Source: Entomortierella parvispora E1425 (lineage: Eukaryota > Fungi > Mortierellomycota). Taken from it: a stretch of DNA of 64,000 nucleotides. Positions 13,419 through 27,248 of this stretch are shown in pieces; the stretch's first letter is position 1, and each line of letters opens with the position of its first letter. The stretch lies in contig BQFW01000011.1 in assembly GCA_020891255.1 (NCBI GenBank), forward strand, positions 1,364,001-1,428,000, in the 5' to 3' direction. The position numbers and the translations under genes were made by a program. The notes beneath the pieces were generated by a model, which was given only the letters and a program-made list of their open reading frames with translations, was not told where the DNA came from and did no database searches.

Positions 13419-14966
13419 CAAAAGAAAAAGAAAAAAAAAGGACAAGATCCCAGCAAAGGTGGTGACAAGAAGGATGACTCTGATGATGGTGATGACTGCT
13501 ACGATGAAGGGGGGGACAAGGTCAGAAAGAGGCTAGCAGCAAAGGCATTGACGACGATCCGGGCGGTTCTTGAATCCACAACGAGCAAGACCAAGAAAAC
13601 ATGGACAAGGGGAACTGCATAGCAGACAAACAGACAGACAGACACACACACACACAGACACAGACAGACAGCGCGAAATAGAAGGTAGCGTGCTTTGTGC
13701 TTTGGATGAACTCAGTTGTGGGGCAATGCACGCAATGGGCCTCCAGTCCGTATCTGCATCGTCTGTTTCTGGAGAGTTGCTCTGTTCTTGCTCTATTCTT
13801 GCTCCACTCTTTTTTTGTCGGTCGCTCTCTCCTTCTCTATTTCTACCTTTCCTCTTCTGCCTGGGTATCTCGGTCCTTTAGCAACCAGGGCAAACAGCTT
13901 GCGCTGGGGGTGCTCTCCACTTTCTCGGGTTTACCCCGAATCTCTTTTTCCTTTAAGCAATGGGCAGGCAGACAATGGGATGAAGGAGAGCGAGGGCTGA
14001 CAAGGACCCATTTGACGCTATTTGGACGCTAACGATGTAACTCTCTTTTTGTCCCCCTTTCCTTCCTTGACGGATGGGTCGTCATTGCCTGGCCTTGCCC
14101 TCCCCCCTTCTCGCCCCCCTGCACATTGCCTTCATGTCCTGCCACGTCCCATCCTGATTTATTTGTTTGTGTGTGACCATGGATGGACACATGGTCAGAG
14201 GAGGATGAGAGGGCATGAAAAATAACAATCCTGCAACCCAACTAATCGAGTGGGCAATGGACCAAAAGGATGAAGCGCGTGGGAGAGTAAGAGTGGTGCG
14301 TGTTGTGTCTATGTGTCTGTGTGTCTGTGTGTCTGTGTGAATAGGCGTGTGTATGGGTTGTGTGTGTGTGCGTGTGTGTCTTGTGTTGTCAAGCGTGAAG
14401 GTAGTGGTTGTTCGTGAGGGCGAGATGACGACAAAGATCTGGGCGTCCATGGCGCAATTGGATTGTTCATCCCTCCCGACGCGAGCGAGGGACGCGACCC
14501 TCTCAAAAGGAAAGAATGATGTCACGTTTAAGCTCGGACCTTCTCAATTGCAACCAGCGCGTTTCTCTTGAAGGGGGTCGTTCCAGAGTCTGGAGAGCAC
14601 AAATTCGCGGGCACCGTCTACTCTCAAAAAGAGCTACCCCACACAGCTCGTAAACAACGCCTGAGCCGCCGTGCGCCGCTGGGGCGCAGCTTCATATATG
14701 GTCCTCTCTTGGCCCACAGAAATACAAGTCCCTGGAGCAGCGCCTGCCCAGGTCTGAACCGTTGTGTTCAGTTTTTGAAGAATTCGCGTGCTGCAGCCGC
14801 AGATCCCGACTTTTTGCGCCAGCCCCAAATCCGCACCAGCGGCCCACCACCAAGCTGACTGCCCTCTAGAATTTTATTTTTATTTTGCGAAACTCCAGAA
14901 GACCCAGAGGGCGGCCTGAGTCTCAGACACAGAAACAACACCCACATATCCTGTTCTTACAGAAAT

Positions 14967-17647
14967 CTACTTCCAGGCTGCATCGCGAGCATTCTCCCAC
15001 AAATTGTGATAGCTCTGAAAGCCCTGGATCGTAAATGGAATACGATAATCCGCTGGCAAGAAGCTGTACTCGGTCCACGTTGCCGGATTCATTGGCCAGT
15101 TGGGGACAAACTGGTTCTTGCTGTCCTTCTTGAACAAAGATCGAACATTGCCCGTGTTATACGTCTGTCGCCATGTAACCGAAAGATTTGCGCTCAAAAC
15201 CAAAGGTTCTGGTAGCAGTGCGACAGCAGCCTTGCCCTGGGCGAACGTAAAGGTTGCCCCGGCTTGAAACGTGCCGATGTCCTCTTCCGTTTTCGCAGTT
15301 TGTATTAGAATGCGGCCTTCCTTGATTTCTTCTTCACCCTCCTCCCTGTCCTCGGATGGAGCCGTTTTTATCAAGTCTGGCAATTCTTGAAGGTGGAAAG
15401 CGCCCTTTATAGCCATGTATGCCTGAAAATAAACCGCGGCCTTCAGGACCTGCCCTCCTGGGAAAGTCGAGTACGAGACCTTGTTTGTACTCTGGCCTGC
15501 TGCCACAACCACAGTTTTGACATTGTTTTTCTGGCTCATTTGGTTTGCAAAAGTAGCACAGGCTGATCCACAAATGCCTTCGCTGAAGAGGAGGATATCT
15601 TCTGCATCCCAAGGGTGGTACACCGCCTTTGGGTCGTACACATACCCTTTAGTGATTGAGCGTGGTCTCTGACTCTCTGCCTTGGGGTCGACTGTTAACC
15701 GACCGTACGCAAACTCGGCGCAGTTGTCGGAGACGTAGTTGCTAAAGTCACCCTTGCGATTCGGATGCGAGACCTTTGTCGCCAGGTAGGTGCTGTCGGC
15801 CACAGTTCCGTCTGAGCGGAGATAACTTTCAGCGATCGTGTACCCGGTTTTGACGAGCAGTGCCTCCAGATCTGAAAGCTTGAAGTTGGTCGTACTCTCG
15901 GGTGTCTCTGGGAAGAAGAGCTGCAGAATGCGATGCGAAAGGCAGGTACTACCACCACCGTTCCGCGAGAGATCTAGGATCAACTTTTTGGCTACGGGAC
16001 GAAGTACGTTGATGGCCTCCACCACATTGGCGTAAATCTGTGCGATCCCTGTAGGGCCACCAGGTGGGTCGAACGTTGGGATGACGATGACACCTGTCGT
16101 TTGGTCTCCCAGAAGAACTGCGTATAGTGTTTTTGTAATGTGAAGCACGGATCAAAAGGGCATGCATGATGATTAGTGCTGAATATGACGGGAAAAAAAA
16201 TATCACAAAGGTACACGGATAAATGTGTATACCATCCGCGTTTTCTTACCTGCATTGATTCCAAGTGGACTGATAAGTAAAACCTGATAGGGGTCAGCGG
16301 CGGAAGCAAAATGCGAAAAGTCCCATTTATGAACATGAGGGTGCTCAAAAATCGGGAGTCTGGGCACCGGCACAAAGACGGGAATCTCCCGGAGCACTCT
16401 CTCCGCTTGAGTTCGTAGAATCTCCTGGTCGGCTTCATCCGTCCACTCCAATTTGGAGTCGCCGGCGGAATTAGGGCCAAGGATGATCTCCAGAGTACGC
16501 TTTGCCAGCCAATCCGGCATGGCTTTGAATTCTTGCATCACTTCAGTAATGGCCCGTTCTTGAATGGGGTCGGAGGGAACCTCAAAAGGAGTCTGCTGTC
16601 GATGTTGTTGCTGGTCATGAGACTCTTCGGAAATGGGCATGGATTCCTTGTTCATCTTGGCAGAGCAGTAGTTATCGTAGTATTGATCGCTGGTGACGAT
16701 ACCCCCTTTGAAGCTCGCTCCCCACTGGACAACCACCTGCTTAACAACGGAACCCCAGAGGTTAGGGCACTTGAATCCAAACTTGAGCGAAGATTCTGCT
16801 GGTAATCGTGCTCTCCAGGAGAATTGGCCACTGGCAGTATATCCCTTGGCGCGTGCATCAAATACTGGACCTCCCACCGCCGCATTGTATCTGTTGTTGC
16901 CCGTGAAAGAGTAGAGAAGAAATAAAGTGATGATGAGCTGCTGAGGGATTGTAACGTTCGATCTTTCCGTAAATACGTTGGTTAAGCTCATTGCTTTCCA
17001 CCTTACCTGACAGCAGCGTCTTTCGAAATGGATAGGTTATCATCTGCCCAGGCTTGAATGTAATCGAAAGCGGACTTGTCATTGATTGTGACCACATTGC
17101 AGCCCTGAGCATTGAAGTTCAGGCTAGAGAGAGTCGCAAAGTTTGGTAATGTCGCCACTACTAGCAAGACTCTGTTCCCAGAGTAATCAATCATGTCACC
17201 CATGATAAACCCGTGGTTGAATGCAAATGCGAGAAAGCAGTCTGCAGCGTACAACAGATGAGCATCGCGAGCCTTGGTCAGAATATCCGAAAGGCCCTCA
17301 TGAAAGGCGCGGTCTGTCAGCTTCGAGGTGGCTGGGGAAGCCACAAAAGCATCAATATCGCTAATGATTGAGGCATTCTTAAACGTTAGACCGGGTGCAG
17401 AAGGTGGGCCTGCAGCCAAGTCTTGGAAAACATAAGAGTTGTTGATGATGGCTTTGATACTAGCCACAGTCTTTGTCCTAACGTCGGGCGGGAAGGGGAA
17501 GGAGTAGTCGAGGCAGGCCTTGGCGTCGTTGTAGGTCATCTGCGATCCTAGCATGGTCGCTTGGAGGCAAGGGTCACCGAATGCATTGGCCCTCTCAATG
17601 AGAAGGGCTAACACACTGGCCACAGTGAGGCGAAAGTGGAGTTTCAT
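14967..17647 (-). CDS. Secreted peptidase S41 (tail-specific protease) family protein
   Basis: Signal peptide MKLHFRLTVASVLALLIERANA. Exons ~17647-17007, 16890-16250, 16107-14967. Motifs LILDLSRNGGGS and FSEGICGSACATF are typical of fungal S41 peptidases. Confidence 0.85.
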
Positions 17648-18109
17648 CCCGTCGATGTAAAAACAGAGGAATTCTGGGAGAAGGATGGGAAGATTTTCCA
17701 CTTTCCTCCACAAATGTTTTGTAGAAATTGGAGGTGCTCCCTGTGCTGAAAAGGGGTGATCAAGCGGAATGCCTGCATGGGTTGCACCAGAACAGATCCA
17801 CTCACAGTATTTGCTCCGCAAAGGCTCTTGAATCAACGACTCTGTACGTTAACTATCCGCTGCCGTCCCAAGATGATCCATGTCCGCCCCCGATTCCACT
17901 CTTTTTGGCTTGAGATTTCAGCCCCTATTTTTGACAAAAAAAAAAAAGGACCCTAAAGTCAGAGCGATCATGAGAGTCAGAAGTTCAGAGTTGCCCGGGT
18001 CCCTCCTCTTGTCCATTTTTCTCTTTTCCAGGAGGTACAATTGCTTCGACGTGGTCTCTTTGTCTCTTTGAAATTAGATGGGTGATTTTATTTAGTAGGG
18101 GGGCTGGAA

Positions 18110-19234
18110 TCATTGTATATCATCGTATGCGTCCATTTGATAGTCGTTGCGGTCTTCTGCATTCCAGGTTGGAGTTTTAAATCGCGAAAGAGAGAGTGGG
18201 TTTGCTGGTTAGCGACGGAGGTCTCTTTTTGTCCCTCTTTATCATCATCCAAGGATGAAAACGTTGCTTTCTTTTTCCTTACCTTCTTCAATCCGACTCC
18301 ATTTCCCGAGTTTTTGATTCCGCATGTACCGTTGATACACCACAGATCCAATATAAAGCAAAATCAGGATCACGACTACAGGCACAATGACGCGCCATGC
18401 CGAGATCCCCCCAGATCCTGAAGCAGGTGCAACATCACGTTTCAAAAGCTGACACGTCCTGTTTACTGACTTGTCTCCGCCTTCGTATTCACACCGGATC
18501 TCACTCGAGTTGGCTGTTGGGATCGGCATATTATTCTCGTTCAAGCCTAGTGCCTGCGAGTTGCACTGCCAACTTGTCATACAGCTCTGTCCCAGTGTTG
18601 GTCTCGGCAAGCAAGTGCCCTGGATGCACGTCAACCCTGGCGCACAGTTTGAAAACAAGGTGTACCACAACGTTGTCGCCTGATCCAAATTCGACAACAG
18701 GAGGTCCTTTGGCAACGTTCCACTGATTAGATCGTACACCATTAATGCCAATCCTGGCTTGTCGTCCGATCGCGGCATCTGGAAGAGTGTACAGTTGGAG
18801 TTCAAGGCATTACGAGGACCGACCCACCCAGGGACTGCGGGCACTCCAGAAGAGTTTCGAGAGAGGATATAACCCCAATTCATCTTTTTCTCCAGACAGA
18901 CGAGCCCATCGCTCATCACATAGCACTCTTCAGAGTCCTTGCAGCCGGGGAAATCTATACAGTTTACGGTCCCTGGAGGGAAAATGTTGACTGCTGGTCC
19001 TTCAGTGCGCTCCGCAGGTGCTGTGCTGGTCGTGACCGAGGCCGAGATTGAAGGCGATCCCGATGTAGTGGAGGAGGATGGCGACATGGAAGTAGGTTCA
19101 GTGAGAGTGCTTGTCGTTGTGATGCTCGAGATGGCAGACGTTGGCGTCTGGGCATGGGTATAGGACAAGAAGAGCGCTGACAAGAGAAGGACAGGCAGCC
19201 ATTGCTTGCGTATCCGTATCTGGGAGATGGACAT
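18110..19234 (-). CDS. Single-pass membrane protein with Ser/Thr-rich stalk and Cys-rich ectodomain, unknown function
   Basis: ATG 19234; hydrophobic signal WLPVLLLSALFLSYTHA; S/T-rich stretch; many Cys (CIDFPGC, CAPGLTCIQGTC, CMTSWQC); TM VIVPVVVILILLYIGSVVY; probable last intron 18282..~18157 (GTAAGG..CAG), stop at 18110. Confidence 0.7.
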
Positions 19235-21727
19235 GGTGTACTGTTTGAATGGTCAAATGGGATCGAGCCTAGAAGGGATCGTAAGCAAGCGAGAGGTCGT
19301 GAAGGGAAGATGGGAGCCTGGGCGAGGGTGCATCAATACGCGCGGGCGAGGAGGACGATGGGGAGGATGATGTCAAAGAGGCACACACGAACTGCACACG
19401 ACAACTAGGGGAGCGGCTGGGTGCTTCGATGGCGAAGGGTCCTGTCAGTGGAAGGGGAAAGGGGAGAGGAGAGGAGAGAGGAGAGGAGAGAGGAGAGGGA
19501 AGCAGAAGAAGGAAAGGGGATTGGAATGGATGGATGGATGGATGGATGGTTGAACAGATGAATGGGTCAGATGGGAACAAACAAAGGAAGGCAGGCCAGA
19601 ACGACAGGAAAGTCTGTTTTTTGTTCGTTCTTTCGGGTGAACTGCTACAGATCGAGAAGTGTGAGAAAACCGTGTGCCTTTCTGGTCACATAAACTTTCT
19701 TTTTGGAGCCGCTCCCCTTTTCCTTTCTCTCCCTTTCTTCTCTCTCCTCTCTCTTCTTGAACTTTGCCTCGGAAAGGAACAGCACCACCAGCAGCAAGCA
19801 AGGGACATTCTTACTCGACATGCATGGAGGATTCATTAGAGACGTGTTTGTCTGCTGAGTCATGCACCCTAGAGCCAGGTTGACCATGGCGTCCTTGCTG
19901 GAGAACAATGACCGACTAAAGGCGAATGAGCCCACCTACATTTCATTGAAGAGTTGACATGATCTTTTGGCGGAAAAAGGACATCTCCCTATGTGTGGTG
20001 CCAGACCATAGGAGGCCAATGGTTCGAGTGTCTCTGGATACTATGAGAGCAGAGGCTCTCCCAATCACTTGCAGTATCATGATGCTCGCCACATTTTCTC
20101 AGTCGGCGTCATAATGAAGGTGTCCTCAGTCAAGGGGCGAATTCCGGAAGGCACTCGTGGAGAAGGTATCTAGCTACTCGACAATGTTTCCTGGTATCAG
20201 CTGTCTTGGTAGGCAAGTGGTCATTAACTCTATTCTTGGGCGGTAGGTTTCTTTGACAGCACTTGGGGGCTTCATGGAAACTTAATGCTCAGGTGTTGCA
20301 CCTTTCACCAAGGAAGAATCAACCTTGGATACTGGAGAACAAGAACACTGATAAATTTTAAAAACAGGCGGCAAGGACACCACCACTGCCTCTTTTGCAG
20401 ATAGAGAAACTACGGAGGACGTGAACTGTACAAGCAAGGTCCTAGATGGAGGTTAAGGCTCATAGTTTGGTCTCTACGAGAGAGATCTCAATGGGCCTTC
20501 TATGAAGGATCCCGGCTGGGTGTAACTTGGACAAACGTGACTTTCTGCGATATCGGCGTGCCATATCGATCGACTTAATCTGACGACGGCCTGAGTTCAC
20601 TGCATGAACGACTAGAACAGCAATGAGCCGTTTCCAAGGTTTCTGTCGCTGATTCCGGTGGTAAGAACGACGGCAAGTCTTTGGCCGTGCATGAGTGTAG
20701 ATAGTAGCAGGTGCCCACAAGCACACTTGCCTGCTTGTGTTCCAAATCAGACCATCAACCACCAAGACATCAACACGTCGTCTCTGGGCGATTGACCATC
20801 AAAAGCTCCTCGATGCCCTCTTTTCTTTTCATTTTCTTCTCTCTTTCATCACCGCTAGTCGACAAATAGACCCTCCACCCGACCTTGATGATGATGCCTG
20901 CCCATCCTCCTCCTCCCTCCAACTTCCACCCACATTAGCACTTTACATAAAAGAAAAGAAGATCCGGAAATCCCTTGGTAGCAATAGCTGCAACACCTTG
21001 TCAAGGTGGATGGTATATCCAGTGACTCCAGTCAATCTATTATCATTATGCAAAGAAAAGACAGAGATCCCTTACTCCTTTTCTACTCTCATGTTTTTTT
21101 TTTGCTAGATCGTGCCGTGGCTAGCTGTAGCCTTTGTTGTCCCCCTAGGCGGCCACAGATCATATGATCCCCGGCCCCATAAAAGCCTATTAGATCCCCC
21201 GCCCATTGGAGCCTATAATGCCGCGGCTGGCAGTACGGCCCTCGTTGTTCCCCTGAGCTACAGAGCCTATGATCTCCCGGCCTACAGAAGGTCAGCGCCG
21301 CCGACGCCGACGCCGCCGCCCTCAGAACAACCGACGCGGGCTACAGGCTCCCCAACTGCAAGAGCCTCCACAAGATCTCAACCCCGAGTATGCTAATGAA
21401 ATTCAGCAGCTGCTGACGAGGCACCAGCTGGAACTGCAGGTCGTTCTACAACGACAACAAGAGGAGCGTCATCAGCAGGAAATCCAAGTCCTGGTTATCC
21501 GGCAACAACTACCAACAAAACCGAGTCGATCTTGAGTGAAACGAGGAATCGTTTGAGAGTGATAGGTCCTGGATGGAGTCAAAGGGGTTTTTGTAAAGCT
21601 GCGCAACTGAAAGAGGAGGCATGAGGCCGGCCCGGGAGTATGGTAAGGGTCAACACGAGAAAACCCGCGATCCAGCTCTTTCCAAACACAGTTTCCCGTT
21701 GTGGATTTCAAGCAACAAACAGCTTTA

Positions 21728-22150
21728 TAAAGGGCGTCTTTCATATTTCTCAAATAAGTATTGTTCGAGTGAATGCTGGATCTGTTGGGTTAATTTAGCA
21801 GAAAGCGACGCCATTGCTATGGGCAGACTCAGGCTAACATAAAACATAGAAATCTAACTCCCTTGGCCTTCAAACACAAAGGGGAAAATGGTCAATTTTT
21901 GGCTCTCTTTCATCTTGGTGGCGACCTCTTTCAAGTCTCGTGATGTCTGAATGACGGAAGATCACTGAACTGAGTAACGGCACCTGCAGCGGAGCGCATC
22001 TTCGGTGTGTGGTTGATTCCTCTCATAAGGAGGCGCATAGAGAAAGACGAGGTTGTCAAAAGTGTTGAAGACTCGGAGCAAAAGAGTGAGGTTGCATCCA
22101 AGCTAGGCGGAGGGGGTAATGCAATAACTTGACAACTCTGGTACTGGCTG
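21728..22150 (-). repeat. Dispersed repeat family R, copy A (internally deleted)
   Basis: Shares AATAAGTATTGTTC..GTGAATGC with ~48265-48290, AGCGGAGCGCATC..TTCCTCTCA with ~49478-49520, and AAAATTGACCATT with ~44763 and ~49315. Confidence 0.7.
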
Positions 22151-22351
22151 TTGTCTCGGTCAGTAGGCGAGGGAGCGCCGTTGTCAGGATTTGATGTGGT
22201 CTCGAAAACAGGTTGAATTCACAACTCTCGCGATCATTCATGGACATCCAGCTTCTTCATTTAGCGACGAGGGTCAAAATTTGACAAGACTTTATTGGTC
22301 AATCGTTCAAGCACTCTCCTTGGCTTCATTCATCCGGGTATGCACCACTGA

Positions 22352-23467
22352 TCAGGCTTTGAGCGGTCCCTCTGGTAAACCAAACTCATCCAAGCGCTAG
22401 CGAAAGGGAAAAAAAATGGATCATCCATATTTAGTTGCTTATCGCAGAAGTACATTGTCATGACTTCCGAGTCCCGGTTTGATCTTACCTCTGCCTGTGG
22501 TTCTGTTGTTTCGGCTGTTGGAAGATCCAGAGATTCGTCCTCCAAGTACGAAGGCTCCTCCTCCTCGTAGAGTTCATCTCCAAGGGCGTCCAGCTCAGCT
22601 TCTAATTCGTCTTCGTCAACATCTTCCGGTACGCCATAGGACCGTCCTAGTGTTTCTTGAATTTCGTTCGCCTGATCCATGATATCCTCCATTTCTTCTT
22701 GCATTTGCTATTGTTGTTGTTTTTTTCCATTAAAATGATGTCAAGTCAGTATCCATTCGTCTCTAGTGGTCCACAACATATCTGCCCTTCTTCTTTGGAT
22801 CATAAATTCCCATGTCAGTTGTTGGGCTCACCTCGATCTTGTCCAAGTTGACTTTCTTGTACTGCTGCTTCATGGTCTGGTTGGCTGTCTTCATGGCATC
22901 CACAGTTGTCATGACATTCTTCAAGTTCTCGGTCGTAAATGCTGCCTGTTCCATGTTGAAGGACTGCTGCTGGAGTTGCTCCCGCTGACTCTCATAAAGC
23001 TTCCGCTCCTTCAAGATCCTCATGGCCTTTGTCTTGACAGAGTTCTAAGAATAATCAATGGGAAGAAGAGGTTAAAAAACAGGTAAATAGTACTTGCAAT
23101 GGACATGGCAGGGGCTGTTGTGGAAACAGAGTACTTTCAATCCTTCCTTCTATGGGCTATTACCTTGGCGGGTCCGTCTCGCATTTTCTTCATTTGATCC
23201 TTGTATTTGATAAGTTCGGCATCCAACTTTCGGATCTTGACTTCGACAGCGTCCACACGAAGGTCAGTCTAGAGCACGATATCCCCAGAGAAAAGCACGG
23301 TCGGTGAGAACAGCGAAATAGTGGAAAAAATTACGCGTACATGAACCTCCTCATCGTCGTAAAAAGTCGTCGATGTCATTCCATGGCCTTATTCATCATA
23401 CCGCTGTGATGGCATCCGTGAGGCTTGGTTTGGGTGTCTTTTTTCCTGTGCCAAAGAGTCTATGCAT
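22352..23467 (-). CDS. VPS60: ESCRT-III subunit Vps60/CHMP5
   Basis: [20 protein letters not shown]; [21 protein letters not shown]; [12 protein letters not shown]; [31 protein letters not shown]; ends [12 protein letters not shown]. Confidence 0.93.
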
Positions 23468-25374
23468 GGTGAATTTGTTCCTGGGTTGTTTCCTGTGAGT
23501 TGTTGATGAAAAGAGAACCTTGGCATTCATGGACTCTCTTGGCCACGACAAAACGTGACTGCCTAAATCATTCATGGACATGCAACCAAAAGTCACCGCC
23601 TGGACGCGCTGCTTCCGTTCTTTGTCAACCAAACTCTCCACCCTCACTCTCACGCTGCAGGTGCATCTGATTCATGATTGTCATTGCTGTTGTAAATGTT
23701 TTCCTGTGTAGTCATTTTCTTCACAATGTTTCCCATTGGGTTCTGAGGGTTTGTATGGCATCCGCTGGGGTGTGATTAAGGGCGTATCGTCGTTCTTTCC
23801 CAGCTCGCCGGTGGCTCACCATGGCCATCAACGATTGCCGTCCAAATGCTGTCGCAGGACTTTTCCATCGGTATCAGGTAGGTACCCAGAATATCTCCAG
23901 ACAGTTAACGGGCGCATCCTCACTTGAAGGTGTCTTCCTTCGATTCTGAAGGACCCAGCTTTTTCGGAAAGGCGCGTTGAAGTTGGTCTCCTATAGCCTA
24001 ATACCTCTATCCCTGGTTCCACCTGTTCTATCATGCCGCTTTTGAAGAAATGTAGCATGCTGCTCTACTTTCAGTTAGCAACTTGGCTTCCTCCCATTGC
24101 TTTACTCTTATTCTCCCCAGCCGTCATATATTTCTCTCGGACTTGCAATGGAATCTCTCGCACTCCTAAACACCTGAGACCGGGACCTGGCCTGTGCAGT
24201 CTCAGTAACGAATCAATTCCGGTCCTTATATTCCGCGGCGATTTCTTCAAGACAGTCAAGCCAAGGTGGTGGACATTCGAGGGCTACCTTGACCATGGAT
24301 ACCTGGGCATCGACGACTTCGTTCACGACCTTAGAGTTATTGGAACTTGCACCCCACGTGGCCCCGACCATGCTTTGATGAAGAAGCACCGTTTCCGCCT
24401 TTTGCAGTATCTTAGGACTGATGGTGGAGAACTCTTGCTTCGCCCGATAGAGTCGAACCACATCATGAAGAAGGAAACGTAAGTGGTCGTTATGAAAGTC
24501 GCGATTAAGGGCTAATGTGGTCTCAACGAGGGCAAGGTGCTTTACTGGTTGCTGTTAGAATGAAGAGTTGTGCTTGGCTGATATCTGTTACGCCTCCTCA
24601 TACCTCCAAGGTGTATAATCTTGGGGAGGTCACCGTGCTGACGCCCAAGGCATGAAAGAAGCACTTGCTGACAGGACTCCGATTTGTCCCGATCGTATTA
24701 GCAAAAGCGCGATTTGATAATCTGAGAACTCGCCATTGGGGGGGTTTTTTTTGATTTGGTGCTTAGCCCAGTGCCATTTCGGCTCCCCAAGAAATTAACA
24801 GGAGAGGCGAGTTGGGAACAACTTCAGCTGCTCGCCCAATCTGGTCGATGCATGCCAATAGTCACGAAGATGACGTGGAGCAGGAAGATAACCCATTCAG
24901 GTAGCGTTCGGTCGGTAATCATTTTCATGAACCTGAAAGGACGTAAGACAAGAAGAGCTGTGATTTACATTGTGAGTCTATGATGAATTAATTCACCCAT
25001 ATGATCATAATAAAAAAAAAGTCCTTTATAACAAGAATGAGTTGCTTGCCAGGGAAGAGCGGAGGAAATATGTTTTCTTGGAAAGAGGACTTGAAGAATT
25101 TGGAGCACACGCAAGAACAAGGAAGTAATTGAGAATACAGAAAGTTACCTCGGCGGCTTGAAGTCATCTCTGTCTACACACTCGCAGACATCGCTGGAGC
25201 AAAAAATAGAAGTATGGGCGCACGAACGTTCATTTGCCATCGACACTCCCTTGGATCAGTTGGTCTTTATAAGTTTATTTGTGATGTTTCCAGTGAGTAT
25301 GAATATGTGCAAAGGGAGCGATGTTAATCACACCTCCCTTAATCCTCCCGACAGCGTCTCGTCTACATCCTATC

Positions 25375-27248
25375 TTAAGCAGAAATGGTATTGTCGTAAT
25401 CAATTGTAGGGACCACAGACGACATAAACTTCAAAAAGATGATGAGGTACCTATACAACAGGAAAGTCATGTCATGAGTCAGCATCTACAGGGGTCGGTC
25501 GGTCTCTGTACTGAATTCATAGGAAATAGGACAGAGTCTCTGCAACTTACTGGTCGACTCTAACAGGTTCCTCTTTGCCTTCGTCATTAGCGACTTTTTC
25601 GATAATTTTCTTCATCACAGCGCCGTGTCTGCAAGGATGAATACTGGCGAGTGACATATTCAAATGGGGGTGAGTCTCGATTGTGACAGTCTTCTTTGCA
25701 TAGTCCTGAGAAACATCCTCGAAGATTTGAGAAGACACCAACGGGCGGCGGTGCTAAGATAAGAGCAGTGCCTAAAGTTAGGATTTTTGCCGGTATGCAA
25801 TTGCACAATCACCCATCAATTCTTTCTGAAGGTAGCAGAAATGTACCTCATCGTAGCCAAAGAGCCACATTCTGGGTGTTTGATAATACTTGTCGTAGGT
25901 GATGAAGACATCGTAGGTACGAACATTCAAGATCTTATCACTATTTTTGTTCCAAGTTAAGATACAAGACCCTCGTTAGTGTCAACAGGCACTGAAATGT
26001 ACTCCGCGTCGGGCGATAAAGAGGCAAAAAGAGTGTCATACCCTGGGTCGACCTCTGTGGGAACCGCGGGAGCAAGTGTGGCCTAAAAGTGGATTTCTAG
26101 ATTGTCAGCATTCCAGCTCGAGTCCAAAGTAACGCACGCATATAATTCAACAAAGAGTTCAGCTTACAGGGTCGACCTCTTCCTCCATGGTGTCAAAGTC
26201 GTCCATGTCCGGGATATCGCCCATGTCAGGAATGTTGTCTAGGTCAATCTCTTCCTCAGCAGCCGATCGCAGTTGATCCTGGAGCTGCATTCGCTCCATA
26301 GCCTTCATGGCCAGCTGCGCCTCTGCTTCGGCCTCGGCCTCCTCGTCCACGTCCTCGTCCATGCTTCCAGCAATCTCCTCAATTGGTCCGCCAGAGACAC
26401 GTGAACTGTGGGACATAACCCAGGCGTCACCGCCGTCACTCTCAATCTGAGTCTCCTGGTCCTCGTCCGTGTACTCCATATGCTTGACTCTGCGCAGACA
26501 TGGTACTGTTTCCGAGCAGATAAAAAGAAGGATGATTCGCATTAGAAGGGCCGTTCACTACTGAAAGCCTCCTGGTTGGCTGTGCAGACTTTTAGGGCCC
26601 GGGCTCCCCTGAAACGAATTGCATGGGCCGACGACGTGATCTCGTTGGCCAATGGTCACGGGCCCATTCATGCTATCAGGTCACCCATGGCATTGCGCAA
26701 CCCCCGGGCCACTAACTGGAAGTAATATACAAAGCGTGTCAGGTCAACTCACCATTGCGTGTAATCAAAAACTGTTTGTCAGGAAGCAAGTAGTCGCGGC
26801 GTTTGCTGGGCTCGCCTCCTTCCCTGATGGAATGCAAGAAAGGAAGTCTCAGTTAGTCCTCCAACTTCGGCAGCATGAGTGTATGGGCTTGAGAAACCCC
26901 GTGTCGACCCACTTACCAGCTCCAAGTAGGGCATTTGTAGACCAAGAAGTCGCCGGCGGCTTCAAACTAAACAAAAGAAGGGAGAAGCATCCAGTCAGTT
27001 GCTGTGCTGTAGAGGGGGGCTCTTTTTGCCACCATCTCTCGAGAATGATGCCAAAGGCGCAAGGCGAGGCGATGACACTTTATCCCAGGCTATTTTCTCG
27101 AAAGCAATGAGAACAATGAATAAAGAAAGAGAGGAGAGAGACTTGCCTCCTCGGGGGTGATGCATCCAGTCTCCTTGAACTTGGAGTTCTTGAGGACAGG
27201 GCTCAGGTACTCTCGAATGCCAAAGAAGATGTTTTGGACGGAATTCAT
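25375..27248 (-). CDS. ATG3: Autophagy E2-like conjugating enzyme Atg3
   Basis: N-term [23 protein letters not shown]; [25 protein letters not shown]; [36 protein letters not shown]; C-term [21 protein letters not shown]. Confidence 0.96.

Noticed and set aside
12803-13536. Long F/S/P- and K/E/R-rich ORFs
   Set aside because: Produced by purine-rich sequence and the (GGAA)n microsatellite upstream of the CASTOR-like gene.
19800-21100. Possible gene fragments between the membrane protein gene and repeat R copy A
   Set aside because: Frames are short and stop-rich with no identifiable motif or splice-consistent model.
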